53,576 nt of DNA, taken from IMG/VR virus record IMGVR_UViG_3300027580_000001, one strand, 5' to 3'. The DNA is from a virus. The notes below the pieces were generated by a model, which searched no databases, had not been told where the DNA came from, and saw only the letters and a program-made list of their open reading frames with translations. The position numbers and the translations under genes are program-made. Positions 18,541 through 28,218 of this stretch are shown piece after piece (position 1 is the stretch's first letter; every line of letters begins with the position of its first letter).

Positions 18541-18927
18541 ATGAGCTCTAACGAAAACATCACGGACGAGCGCCGGCCCACTGCCCGGCTCGGGGACATC
18601 GAGTTCGCGTTCGAGCATCCCCAGCTGAGCAACCAGGGCTCGGGGAAGTACGTCCAGCACGAGGTCCTCCCGCTCTCCGAGGAGGACGACCGCGCGATGG
18701 TGCTCCAGCCGATGGGCCGCGAGGCCCGCGACTGGACGATGCGCGGGACCTGCTACAAGGAGACCGCCAACACGCTCGACGACATGATCGGCACGGTCGT
18801 CAGCCTCCGGCACTCGAGACACTCCGGCGACGTCTACATCAGCGACGTCAGCACGGACCCGCAGGGCGTCGAGGACAGCACCGGCTGGCGGTACGACTAC
18901 ATCGTCGACCTGATCGAGGTGGTGTGA
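18541..18927 (+). CDS. Baseplate/tube-initiator protein (P2 gpU-like)
   Basis: ARLGDIEF...YVQHEVL...LQPMGREARDWTMRG pattern; position after the tape measure. Confidence 0.65.
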   Translation: MSSNENITDERRPTARLGDIEFAFEHPQLSNQGSGKYVQHEVLPLSEEDDRAMVLQPMGREARDWTMRGTCYKETANTLDDMIGTVVSLRHSRHSGDVYISDVSTDPQGVEDSTGWRYDYIVDLIEVV

Positions 18928-19911
18928 GTGCCCATCGAGACTCGGCCTGTCTACGGAGAGGTGCGCGTCGCCGGCGAGACGTACCGCATCGTCTCCGGCG
19001 GCACCTCCGGTACGTCCCACCAGACCGAGCTCGACACAGGGCTCACGTACAAGAGCGACCGGTACAACACCGCCGGGAAGCTCGACGTCACCGTCCTCTC
19101 GGAGACGGACATCCCCGAGGAGGTCGACGCGGAGGTCTACCTCCGCGACACGCTGATCTTCCGGGGGACCATCCGGAACTCGAAGCCGGGCATCTCGCTG
19201 CGGATCCGGCTGGAGTGCTACGACGCCGTCGCGGACCTGAAGCGGAACACCCTCTCGGGGACCTACAACCGCGCCTCGATCACCGAGATCACCGAGGCCG
19301 CGCTCGCCGAGGCCGGCGTCGACGGTCAGGTGGACCTCCCGCAGGTCCGCGTCTCACCGTCGTTCGACGAGACCCGTTGCGACAAGGTGCTGAAGAAGGT
19401 CGCCCGCTGGGGCGACGCGGCCTGGTGGGTGTCCGCCGGCAACGAGGTTGTCGTCACGGAGAACATCGCCGCGGAGACGGAGCAGCACGACATCGACCTC
19501 ATCCGGGACGGCTCCCCGGGGAAGCGGACGCCAGCCTACCAGTCCGTCCGCGTCATCGGCTCGAGTCCCGTCTCCCGGCGGGGGCTCGGCTACCGGTACC
19601 TGATCTCGAGCTCGCCGATCGTCGCGACGGCCGGGACCGGCCAGCCGCGGTTCACCATCCGCGACAACGATATCCAGACCCAGGAGCAGGCGCAGAAGGC
19701 GGCCGACGCCATCTACAAGCGTCTGCAGTCGCAGCAGAAGTCGGGCTGGGTGGAGCTGGTCGGCAACGAGGAGATCCGGCCGTTCGACACCGTCCAGATG
19801 CCCGAGAACCTCGGCGGCGAGGAGTACCTCGTCGCCTCCATCAAACACACCCTCGACTCCAGGAGCGGGTTCGTCACGCGCTGCAACCTCGGGGGACTCA
19901 TCGAGGCCTAA
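18928..19911 (+). CDS. Baseplate hub protein (P2 gpD / Mu gp44-like)
   Basis: Size, position, and C-terminal VELVGNEEIRPFDTVQM...YLVASIKHTLDSRSGFVTRCNL. Confidence 0.75.
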   Translation: MPIETRPVYGEVRVAGETYRIVSGGTSGTSHQTELDTGLTYKSDRYNTAGKLDVTVLSETDIPEEVDAEVYLRDTLIFRGTIRNSKPGISLRIRLECYDAVADLKRNTLSGTYNRASITEITEAALAEAGVDGQVDLPQVRVSPSFDETRCDKVLKKVARWGDAAWWVSAGNEVVVTENIAAETEQHDIDLIRDGSPGKRTPAYQSVRVIGSSPVSRRGLGYRYLISSSPIVATAGTGQPRFTIRDNDIQTQEQAQKAADAIYKRLQSQQKSGWVELVGNEEIRPFDTVQMPENLGGEEYLVASIKHTLDSRSGFVTRCNLGGLIEA

Positions 19912-19915
19912 CACC

Positions 19916-20515
19916 ATGTCCGACGAAGAACTCGAGAACACGGAGCGCGCTCGCATCCTGAAGGTCATCCGGGACGAGATCCGGATGCCGCGAATCGCCG
20001 AGGTTGAGGAGGTCTACACGCACACCTCCGCCGACGACACCTCGAACCACGAGGCGGACCTCTCGATCCCGCCAGGTCCGCACGAGATCCGGAGCCACGA
20101 CCGCGTCCCGATCGCCGTCCCGACGTCGGGCGCGGTGACGGTTCCGCAGACCAACGACCTCGTCCTCGTCGAGTACCTCGCCGGCGACGGCGACGCGCCG
20201 ATCATCACCCAGGTGGTCTACGGCGACGCCCCCGACGATCGCGCCCCGACCGGCGACGTCGGCGACGTCCAGTTCAGCCGCGGGGACCTGTCGGTGAAGG
20301 TCGCCGGTGACGGCTCGTACGCGCGCCTCGCGAGCGGCGCCGGCGACGGTTCGCCGGACCTGGTCGTCGAGCTCGACGACTCGGGCCAGGTCGTGCTTGG
20401 GAATCCGGACGGCGACCTGCAGCCGGTCGCCCGCCAGGGTGACGCCGTCGAGGACGACTCCGGCAACCAGATCGGGACGATCGTCGACGGGAGCGCCGAC
20501 GTCGAGTCGAGCTGA
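19916..20515 (+). CDS. Baseplate spike (gpV / Mu gp45-like)
   Basis: OB-fold VPQTNDLVLVEYLAGDGDAPII and C-terminal PVARQGDAV. Confidence 0.8.
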   Translation: MSDEELENTERARILKVIRDEIRMPRIAEVEEVYTHTSADDTSNHEADLSIPPGPHEIRSHDRVPIAVPTSGAVTVPQTNDLVLVEYLAGDGDAPIITQVVYGDAPDDRAPTGDVGDVQFSRGDLSVKVAGDGSYARLASGAGDGSPDLVVELDDSGQVVLGNPDGDLQPVARQGDAVEDDSGNQIGTIVDGSADVESS

Positions 20516-20548
20516 CGCGGGCTCCGTCGGCTACGAGAGGTACTTTTC

Positions 20549-20911
20549 ATGCCAGACTCAGACCCCACCGAAGCGGAGATGTACGGCCGTGGGCTCTCGT
20601 TCGGGTCCCGCTGGGACTTCGAGACGAGGTCCGGCTCGATCGCGCTCGTCGAGGGCGAAGACGTCCTCGGTCGCGACCTCGCGTTCGGAACGACTCTCGA
20701 GCTCGGGGATCTGCTCCACGAGCGGCTCACGCCCGACCTCGCGGAGGAGATAAAAATCGCCGTCAAGCGGGTCGCCCGTCGCGACGGCCGGATCCAGCGA
20801 GTCGTCGAGCCCGTCGAGGTCAGACGTACCGATGACGCCGGGACGGCCGAGGTACACTTGACCGTAGTCGCGATGACCGGCGAGCGCGGCGATTTCGTCC
20901 TTCCACTGTAG
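20549..20911 (+). CDS. Baseplate wedge protein (gp25/gpW-like)
   Basis: Small protein between spike and J; VKRVARRDGRIQRV. Confidence 0.7.
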   Translation: MPDSDPTEAEMYGRGLSFGSRWDFETRSGSIALVEGEDVLGRDLAFGTTLELGDLLHERLTPDLAEEIKIAVKRVARRDGRIQRVVEPVEVRRTDDAGTAEVHLTVVAMTGERGDFVLPL

Positions 20912-20920
20912 GAGATTACG

Positions 20921-22312
20921 ATGGTACTTGAACCAGAACAACAGAAGCAGATCTACGAACGCATCAGGGACGCCATCGCGGCAGCGTCGGCCATCACGAA
21001 CTTCAGTCCGAACAGCCCCGAGCGGGCGATCACGGAGGACGGGTTCAGCGCCGAGATGCGCGAGCGTCAGCACGAGGCGCTCGCTGTCCAGCTGTCGGCG
21101 TACATCGACTACGCCGGCAAAGAGATCACCGAGCAGGACCTCGACGACCTCGGCGTCGACGCCGAGCGCGTTGACCTCGAGCTGCTGAACTCATACATCG
21201 AGTCTTCCGACCTGGACGCGCTCGCGAGGCGGTACTCCACGTTTCGGGACCCCGGAACGTTCGCGACCGGCACGGTCACCTTCGAGACGTCCCAAGACGA
21301 GGTCACCATTCCCAACGGGACGCTGGTCGGGACGCAACCCGACGCAGATGGCGACTACCTGGCGTTCTTCACCACGACGGAAGTCGTATCGCCACAAGGA
21401 GATACTTCGGTCGATGTCGATATCGAGGCCGCCGAGCGCGGTACTGACTACAACGTCGGCGCCGGCACGATCACGTTCCTTCCCGAGTCGGTCCCGGGCG
21501 TCGGCGGCGATCCGCCTGTCACGAACCCCGAGGCCACGACCGGCGGGGAGGACGAGGAGACTGACGAAGAGCTGCGCGCTCGCGCAAAGGAGGCGCTCGT
21601 CGGCACCTCTGGAGGGGGAACTCTCCAGGGCGTCGAGAACGGCCTCATCGCTGCGTTCGCCGGCCTGGACAGCGAAAACGTTCAGATCGTCGAGTACCCC
21701 GACCAGGACCCAGTCACGTTCGAGTACGTCGTCGACGGCGGGCCGACCGACGACGCACTGCGGGACAAGATGGACGAGCTCCGCCCAGTCGCCATCGAGG
21801 GCACGCTCGTCCGGCCGACACAGGTCACCCTCGACATCACCGCCGACGTCACCGGTTCCGACGTGGACACGGCAGCTGTCGAGGAGGACCTCCGAAACTA
21901 CGTCGGGGGCCTCGGGCTCGGTGACACGTACGTCATCGACCGAGTGATCCAGACGATCATGAACGCCGACGACGGGATCGACGGCATCGACCTGCTGACG
22001 ACAACTGCCGTCGACGAGGCCCACACCTACCAGGATGGCACCAGCATCTACACGCTCGACCGGGCCCCCATCATGGCGGGCTCAGTCGCGAACGTCAAGG
22101 ACGCCTCGGGGAACCAGTACGAGAAGGGCACCGACTACGAGGAGGTCGACGACTCCGGCGACGGCGAGCCGGACGCGATCGACTGGTCGATCGGCGGCGC
22201 CACGCCCGACGACGGCGAGACGTTCACCGTCGACTACCAGGTCGACCACGACATCTCCTTCGGGACGCAGGAGAAGTCGGTCATCGGCGACGCAACGGTG
22301 ACGGAGGTCTAA
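20921..22312 (+). CDS. Baseplate J-like protein
   Basis: ATGTVTF...IPNGTLVGT...AAERGTDYNVGAGTI...VTNPEATTGGEDEETDEELRARA signature. Confidence 0.92.
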   Translation: MVLEPEQQKQIYERIRDAIAAASAITNFSPNSPERAITEDGFSAEMRERQHEALAVQLSAYIDYAGKEITEQDLDDLGVDAERVDLELLNSYIESSDLDALARRYSTFRDPGTFATGTVTFETSQDEVTIPNGTLVGTQPDADGDYLAFFTTTEVVSPQGDTSVDVDIEAAERGTDYNVGAGTITFLPESVPGVGGDPPVTNPEATTGGEDEETDEELRARAKEALVGTSGGGTLQGVENGLIAAFAGLDSENVQIVEYPDQDPVTFEYVVDGGPTDDALRDKMDELRPVAIEGTLVRPTQVTLDITADVTGSDVDTAAVEEDLRNYVGGLGLGDTYVIDRVIQTIMNADDGIDGIDLLTTTAVDEAHTYQDGTSIYTLDRAPIMAGSVANVKDASGNQYEKGTDYEEVDDSGDGEPDAIDWSIGGATPDDGETFTVDYQVDHDISFGTQEKSVIGDATVTEV

Positions 22313-22313
22313 C

Positions 22314-22985
22314 ATGTCTGGGGACCCCGACCCGACGCTCCGCGGCCGGCTTCCGCCGGTGTTTCCGCTGTACGACGACTCGATGGAGTTCGAGCCGTGG
22401 CTGGACGCCCATCAGGCCGAGCTCGATGCTCTCGATTCGGATCTCGCCCAGGTTAAGGACCAGATCCACATCGGGACCGCAACCGGCCAGGAACTGGACC
22501 TCATCGGGAACGAGTACGGCATCCTCGGCCAGCGCCGCGGTCGTAACGACGCCTCCTACCGGGCGTACCTGACGTCCCTGGTGGCATCCTTCCAGGGCGT
22601 CGGCACGATCCCTGGCGTCAAGCAAGCTGTCTCGTCGGGGCTGCTCGTCGACGAATCGGCCGTGGAAGTCCTCGAGGACTTCAACGCAAACAAGTACGAG
22701 ATCGGGCTGACGAACTGGTCCGCCCACCGAACGGGCACTGTCCACCGGCTCGCGGACCTTGCTGACGCGTTGGCAATCGAACGACTCGACCCGATTCACT
22801 ACTACAGCGACTCGACGTCGATCACCCTCGACGTCGACGACACAATCGCGGTCGGTATCGAACACGTCTCGACGTCGACGTCGATCGTCCTATCGCCGGG
22901 CGATACGACGAGCGAGACGGTCAGCGAACCACTCGGCGACGGTACCCTCGGAAGCGGTACCCTCGGCATCCCACCTAAGAAATGA
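22314..22985 (+). CDS. Baseplate wedge protein (P2 gpI-like)
   Basis: ATGQELDLIGNEYGILGQRRGRNDASYRAYL...GTIPGVKQAV. Confidence 0.75.
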   Translation: MSGDPDPTLRGRLPPVFPLYDDSMEFEPWLDAHQAELDALDSDLAQVKDQIHIGTATGQELDLIGNEYGILGQRRGRNDASYRAYLTSLVASFQGVGTIPGVKQAVSSGLLVDESAVEVLEDFNANKYEIGLTNWSAHRTGTVHRLADLADALAIERLDPIHYYSDSTSITLDVDDTIAVGIEHVSTSTSIVLSPGDTTSETVSEPLGDGTLGSGTLGIPPKK

Positions 22986-23371
22986 CGACAGCAACAGACG
23001 ACGGACTCGAAGCTCTCAGCGACGCCGCCCACGGGTTCACGTCCGACGAGATCGATGCGATCGCCGTCGGAACCGGAACCGGGAACGAAGCGACTGGGGC
23101 GACGAGTCTCGCGAGCGAGGCGTATCGAGCAGACCGAACCAGCGAAGACGTCGAGTTCGTCGAGACCGACGCGACCGGCGCGGTCGAGGCGATCATCACC
23201 GTCACCGGCGGGCAGGAAGTTCCGGCGGACACGGATATCACCGAGATAGGCGTCTTCATCGGCGAAACGAACGGGAACGCGACGCTTCTCATCATCGACG
23301 AGTTCGCCGCCGTAACGGTCGAAGACGGGCACACCGAGGAGTTCACCGTACCCTACGACCTCACGAGGTAA
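22982..23371 (+). CDS. Tail fibre-proximal/baseplate protein
   Basis: IAVGTGTG...ITEIGVF pattern typical of the N-terminal fibre/collar module. Confidence 0.6.
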   Translation: MTTATDDGLEALSDAAHGFTSDEIDAIAVGTGTGNEATGATSLASEAYRADRTSEDVEFVETDATGAVEAIITVTGGQEVPADTDITEIGVFIGETNGNATLLIIDEFAAVTVEDGHTEEFTVPYDLTR

Positions 23372-23374
23372 ATC

Positions 23375-25024
23375 ATGGCAGACCATACCTACCCGCAGAA
23401 CGACGACCCGGACGACGCCGAGAACTTCGGCGAGTGGATGGGACAGCAGAACCTCGGCGACTTCGTCGAGTACGGCCTGAACTTTACGGTCGACTACGCG
23501 ACGCCGTCGCTCGACGTCAGCGAGGGCAAGGTGTACGCGATCGTCGACTCGGCGACCGCCGAGACCTCGCAGGAGACACGGCATCGACTACTCGTCGAAA
23601 GCCACCTCGACGCGCGGAACGGTCTCGCGCTGACCGACGGCGCGGTCAACTATATCTTCGCCGAGACGAACTTCGCGACGAACGACGACCCGTCGATCGT
23701 CGTCAAAACGACCGACAGCGCGCCGTCGGACTCGGCGGTCAAGATCGGCGAGGTCGACACGACGAGCGACGTCGCGACTGAGCTCAACCGCGAACCGTCG
23801 GCGCAGTTCGTCGGCCCGACGACGGTCGTCGCCGAAGACGGGTCGACAAAGCTCCACGTCCCGGCGAACGGTCCGACCGAACTCGACGCGAGCGCGCAGA
23901 CGCCGTCCGGCGACGGCTTCTGGCACGCCGGGAACGACGGCGGTGGAAGCGGTCTCCACGCAGATCTACTCGATACGCTCCATCGAGAACAGTTCTCTCG
24001 GAACGTCCGAACGTACGACCTACGCAACGAAACGGCCTCGAACGTCGAGATACAGAAGGTCGGGATACTCGTCCCGGACGGGGAGAACATCAACGCGGCG
24101 CGGATTCGGATGGACTTCGGACAGCAGGAGGGCGAGGGCTCAAACCCGACACTCGACGTCTACTTTAACGCGAACAACGGCAACGGCGACGAAGCCGCTA
24201 ACCATGAGGTCTCGGGCGATATCGGCGGTGTAGCGAACGACCCCGGCGTAATCATCCGAAAAACACAGGACAACAGTCGGGAGACCGGTAACTACCGGTA
24301 CCACCTGTACGCCCAACTCCCGAAGTATTCGGAAGCTGAACTGACGGTTAAGTATAGCCGTCACTGGAAGGAAGACCGTCAGACGGGGCTATCCGACGCC
24401 GACATGGTCGGGTCGGATATGTACGACACCCGAGACAACGGCGCGACTCGTGAGCGCGCCTTCGGCGCGTCGACGGCGAAGGTAATGAACGGCGTTGTCT
24501 ACGGTGGACACGACGACTTCGCGACTGCTCAGGACGCGATCGACTTTGCGTTCGCGAACGGATTTTCGCGAGTTCTGTACCCCGCAGTTCAATATGGGTC
24601 GGTCGACGTCCCCGGCGGTCTCGCCATCGAGGGAACTATCTCGCCGGGTTTAGGCGGCGGACCGTACACCGCGTTTAGTGGCGGTGACACGGACCACGCG
24701 GTTGAAATAACTGGGAACGGGGCGTCGGTCGAGAACGTTCGAGTTGCTACGACGAAGGGTAGCGGTACGACGTACAACGCCGTTCACGCGCCTGTCGATC
24801 AGGCGTATATCTCGAACGTGTTTGTCTCCGAATCGGATAACCACGGGATTTTCATCGACGGTCAGAACTCGTTAGTAACCGAGTTCGTTCGGACTTCATC
24901 AACGAACGTCGACGGCGACGACGTCCTTCTTGGCTCGAACTCGACGTATTCAATCGCGGGACAACTGGTTGGAACGACGGTCGTAAACAACGGTGCGAAC
25001 AACGTAGTGGGTAATACGACATGA
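23375..25024 (+). CDS. Tail fibre / receptor-binding protein
   Basis: FWHAGNDGGGSGLHADLLD fibre motif; C-terminal Asn/Gly/Val-rich beta-helix-like region with lower GC. Confidence 0.8.
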   Translation: MADHTYPQNDDPDDAENFGEWMGQQNLGDFVEYGLNFTVDYATPSLDVSEGKVYAIVDSATAETSQETRHRLLVESHLDARNGLALTDGAVNYIFAETNFATNDDPSIVVKTTDSAPSDSAVKIGEVDTTSDVATELNREPSAQFVGPTTVVAEDGSTKLHVPANGPTELDASAQTPSGDGFWHAGNDGGGSGLHADLLDTLHREQFSRNVRTYDLRNETASNVEIQKVGILVPDGENINAARIRMDFGQQEGEGSNPTLDVYFNANNGNGDEAANHEVSGDIGGVANDPGVIIRKTQDNSRETGNYRYHLYAQLPKYSEAELTVKYSRHWKEDRQTGLSDADMVGSDMYDTRDNGATRERAFGASTAKVMNGVVYGGHDDFATAQDAIDFAFANGFSRVLYPAVQYGSVDVPGGLAIEGTISPGLGGGPYTAFSGGDTDHAVEITGNGASVENVRVATTKGSGTTYNAVHAPVDQAYISNVFVSESDNHGIFIDGQNSLVTEFVRTSSTNVDGDDVLLGSNSTYSIAGQLVGTTVVNNGANNVVGNTT

Positions 25025-25476
25025 CGAAACTCTACAATATCCGAGGCTTCAGAATCGAAGACGGTCTCGTAAGACCACTCGCTGTCGAAGGGCTGACGAT
25101 CGAGCAGCACTATAAAGACGAGTGCCGCCGCCTCGACGTCCGCGATCGTGCGGACCTCGATCGCGTAAACGTCGGGCCGACCAAGTCGAGCGTCGATGTC
25201 GACGCCGGCGAGTCCGTGTCGATCGCGCTTCGATATCTTCGACGGTCTGTCGACGAGAACGGTTCGTTAGTCGAGAACGTCGCGACCGAGGTCTCGACGA
25301 CGTTCGAGGTCGCGATCGAAGACCCGAACGGCGAGACGTCGACGGCATCGTTCTCGCCGACGTCCGGCGAAGCGTCGTTCTCGCTGACGCCGGACGTCGT
25401 CGGGACGTGGACGATTCGATCGGTCGTCGAGTCCGACGACTTCGTCGACGAGTACGCGACCGTGGAGGCGATCTGA
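25021..25476 (+). CDS. Fibre-associated protein (Ig-like C-terminus)
   Basis: Coupled to the fibre gene; SFSLTPDVVGTWTIRS beta-sandwich pattern. Confidence 0.55.
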   Translation: MTKLYNIRGFRIEDGLVRPLAVEGLTIEQHYKDECRRLDVRDRADLDRVNVGPTKSSVDVDAGESVSIALRYLRRSVDENGSLVENVATEVSTTFEVAIEDPNGETSTASFSPTSGEASFSLTPDVVGTWTIRSVVESDDFVDEYATVEAI

Positions 25477-25477
25477 G

Positions 25478-25738
25478 ATGAAGGCGCGTAAGAAGCTCCC
25501 CGAGCAGGCGAGCGAGAAGGCGAAGGACGCCGTCGACGACGCCGGTCAGCCCGACGGTCGAGGCGGCGGTCCGCCGGACGACGTCGAACCCGAGGTCGTG
25601 ATCGACCGGTCGGACGACGACGCTCGCGAGGCGCTTCGCGAGATGGGCGAGGTCGACGTCGCGAACGCGAGTCGCGAAGAACTGGCTGAACGCGTCCAGC
25701 ACCTCGAAGCGATTCTGGACGTCCACGAAGATCAGTAA
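25478..25738 (+). CDS. Hypothetical protein, last gene of the late operon
   Basis: ORF track; acidic; followed by a T-run. Confidence 0.6.
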   Translation: MKARKKLPEQASEKAKDAVDDAGQPDGRGGGPPDDVEPEVVIDRSDDDAREALREMGEVDVANASREELAERVQHLEAILDVHEDQ

Positions 25739-25746
25739 CGCACACC

Positions 25747-25790
25747 TTTTTCTGAGGTCGTCTTCAGACGCTCGCTGGTGTTCTGGCGAG
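25747..25790. terminator. Probable terminator region between convergent operons
   Basis: TTTTT at 25747-25751 followed by two imperfect hairpins. Confidence 0.45.
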
Positions 25791-25818
25791 CTGCGTTAAA
25801 AACTGGCCAGTGGCAACA

Positions 25819-26097
25819 CTACCGCTGCGGGAGCTGATCGGGGTTGACCCACCAGACGCGGGCGTTCGCCCCGACTTTCTTCGTCGCCAACCCGGGGTAT
25901 GCGTCGTCGTGAAGCCCGTGGAGTCGGTTGTGCGCGGTGGTTTCGGAGCAGCCGACTCGCTCGGCGACCTCGCCGACCTTCAGGGGCTCGGGGTGGGCGT
26001 CGACGAGCGCGTCGACGACGTCCTGGTCGGAGTACTTCGGTTCGAACTTCCCGCCCTCACCCTGCTCGACGCCGCCGCGGACGACTCCGTCAGACAT
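25819..26097 (-). CDS. Winged-helix DNA-binding protein
   Basis: PLKVGEVAERVGCSETTAHNRLHGL...KKVGANARVWW. Confidence 0.85.
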   Translation of the reverse strand: MSDGVVRGGVEQGEGGKFEPKYSDQDVVDALVDAHPEPLKVGEVAERVGCSETTAHNRLHGLHDDAYPGLATKKVGANARVWWVNPDQLPQR

Positions 26098-26143
26098 GGT
26101 TGCTCGTAGGGCGTGGGCTGGTAAAACGGTACTGCTACGTGGT

Positions 26144-26434
26144 TCACCGGTCGGGAGTTCGCGCGCCCGGGGCCTCGTCGACGTCTTGGTCAGGGCGGCG
26201 GGTGGTCAGGATCTCGAGGACGTCGCTGTTCTTCTGGTGGCGGACGAGCAGCGGCTCGTCCGTGAGGGACTCGACGTGCGCAATCTCGGCGTCGACGCGG
26301 ACGGAGATGTCATCGCCGGCGACGACGTCGAGGCCGCTACAGTTCTCGGCGACGGTCGTCTTGCGGCCGCCCAGCTCGTGGACAGTGACGATGCCGGTGT
26401 CGTGGTTGTAGTGGAGCTCGGTCGCCTTCATCAT
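26144..26434 (-). CDS. Hypothetical protein (amidoligase operon)
   Basis: Coupled to the GATase stop (overlap 26431-26434). Confidence 0.6.
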   Translation of the reverse strand: MMKATELHYNHDTGIVTVHELGGRKTTVAENCSGLDVVAGDDISVRVDAEIAHVESLTDEPLLVRHQKNSDVLEILTTRRPDQDVDEAPGARTPDR

Positions 26435-27006
26435 ACGTCGGTCACGACTCCTTCGGGAATAGGCGTTCCGCCGGAGCTCCGGACGCAGGACTCCTCTTCG
26501 GTGATCTCGTACCGGCCGGAGTAGGTGTACGCCGAGCCGTCACGGTGGAGCACGGTCAGCGTCTCGCCAGTGGTCTCGCCGGTCGCCTGGACGATCTCCT
26601 CGAAGCGCCGGTCGGGGTCGGCGCGGTAGATGGACTCGAGCAGCCGGGCGATGTAGTAGGTGTCCGCGCGCTCCTCGTCGCCCGGCGCCGACCGCCAGGT
26701 GCCGTTGTGCGCGAGCATCGCGATGGTCTCGCCGGCGCCGTCGCGAACCTCGAACGGATGTGCGTTCTGCACATTCACGTCGCCCCTGGTGGCGAAGCGG
26801 GTGTGCGCGAGGGCGACGTCGGCCTCGGGGTAGAGGTCGAACGCCTCGGGCGGGATGTGGCCGACACCGCGTTTCCGATGGAGCTCGCCGTCGACGGCGA
26901 CGGCGATGCCCCAGGAGTGGCCGCCGGAGCGCTGCTCGTTCCGCTGGCAGGCCTCGAGGGCGCGGCCGGCCGCGTCGTCGCCGCGGTAGATGCTCATCCA
27001 GCACAT
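26431..27006 (-). CDS. Class II glutamine amidotransferase (Ntn hydrolase)
   Basis: Cys at position 2 (MCWM), SWGIA, HTRFATRG, NAHPF, HNG, D-T motifs. Confidence 0.92.
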   Translation of the reverse strand: MCWMSIYRGDDAAGRALEACQRNEQRSGGHSWGIAVAVDGELHRKRGVGHIPPEAFDLYPEADVALAHTRFATRGDVNVQNAHPFEVRDGAGETIAMLAHNGTWRSAPGDEERADTYYIARLLESIYRADPDRRFEEIVQATGETTGETLTVLHRDGSAYTYSGRYEITEEESCVRSSGGTPIPEGVVTDV

Positions 27007-28082
27007 CAGGCATCGACCTCCTCGGCGGCGTCGGCGCCGGCGGCGCTGGTGTGGTCGTCGGGCCCGTGCTGCCAGCTGAACTCGCCCTGGTCGGCGTCGA
27101 TGTTCCAGAGCGCCTCCGTGTTGTTCGCGGGGGAGTACTCGTCGCGGCCGGTGCGGACGAGGTTGTACGCCCGGCAGCGCCAGGTGTTCGGCGTCTGGGG
27201 GTAGGCGACCTGGATGGCGCGGAGGACCTCCCAGGCGGTCTCGAACTCGCGCTGGTCGACGCCCGGGATGCCGCGCCCCTCCTGGAAGGTGATGCCGCCC
27301 TCGATGGGCTCCTTCATCGCGGTGATCAGGCCGACGTCGGTGGCGCGCCGGTAGATCTTCTCGTAGACGCGCTCGAGCGTGCGGCGGTGGTTCTCGAGCT
27401 TCGGGCTCCAGCCGCCCTCGATGGCGCGGCCGGTGACGCGGCGGATGGTGAGCAGGCCGTTCAGGGCCATCGCCGGGTGGGCGTCGTTCGCGCGCAGCTC
27501 GATGGTGAGCGGCTTCCCGCTGCCCTGGGCGGGGTTGAACGTGACGCTGCTGTACTCGCGGCGGTACGAGCTCGGGTTCTCGACGCGGTCCTGGACGCTG
27601 TCCTGGCTGAGCCGGGTCGTCTGGCCCTCGGCCCAGTGCTCGACGTTGAGCTCGCTGCCGCGGTAGCTGGTGCCCTCGCGGAAGCCGTTCTCCCAGTCGT
27701 GGCAGAAGTACGGCGCGAGGAACGGGAAGATCTCCGTGACGGTGTTGTAGCTGATGGTCCAGGCGGTGACCGGGTCGTCGAAGACGTCCCCGGCCACGCA
27801 GAGGTGGACGTGGCTGCCGGCGCCGGCGCCGTTCTGGGCGCCGTGCCAGTCCCAGGTGATGTCCTCGTCGCGCGTGTCCTGGTAGAACCGGTTGAGGATC
27901 GTCTTGCAGTTCTTGTACGCGCCGATCGAGGTCTCGCGGGGGCCGCTGGCGTCGTTGTGCCAGTCGGTGAGCCGGCCGCAGCTGTTGTTCATCGTGTACT
28001 CCCGGACCGGGTTCGGCAGCGGACCGGGGAACTGTTCTATCTCCATACCGTGCGTGAACGGGCTCCTACTGTCGTTTTTCAT
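27006..28082 (-). CDS. Putative amidoligase (COOH-NH2 ligase, glutamine synthetase/GCS fold)
   Basis: HGMEIE (ExE), GSHVH, TIELR motifs; coupled to a GATase as in known amidoligase operons. Confidence 0.8.
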   Translation of the reverse strand: MKNDSRSPFTHGMEIEQFPGPLPNPVREYTMNNSCGRLTDWHNDASGPRETSIGAYKNCKTILNRFYQDTRDEDITWDWHGAQNGAGAGSHVHLCVAGDVFDDPVTAWTISYNTVTEIFPFLAPYFCHDWENGFREGTSYRGSELNVEHWAEGQTTRLSQDSVQDRVENPSSYRREYSSVTFNPAQGSGKPLTIELRANDAHPAMALNGLLTIRRVTGRAIEGGWSPKLENHRRTLERVYEKIYRRATDVGLITAMKEPIEGGITFQEGRGIPGVDQREFETAWEVLRAIQVAYPQTPNTWRCRAYNLVRTGRDEYSPANNTEALWNIDADQGEFSWQHGPDDHTSAAGADAAEEVDA

Positions 28083-28218
28083 CGTTTCAGGCCTCCTGCG
28101 AGTGTCCGATGAGCGGGGGTAATAATAAGGGTTGTCCCACGTAGTTAACCGTCACGTACAGCGGTTTTGCTCCGCAAAGACATCGCTTATTACGGTAGGG
28201 AATCGTGTCACAGATGCG
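28083..28218. promoter_or_regulatory. Divergent promoter region
   Basis: AT-rich; TATA-like CTTATTATT (- strand, 28121-28129) and CTTATTAC (+ strand, 28186-28193); GGAGG RBS at 28092-28096 (-). Confidence 0.6.

Noticed and set aside
23375-25738. phiCh1-type invertible tail-fibre locus
   Set aside because: Only one fibre gene, no inverted duplicate segments and no adjacent invertase
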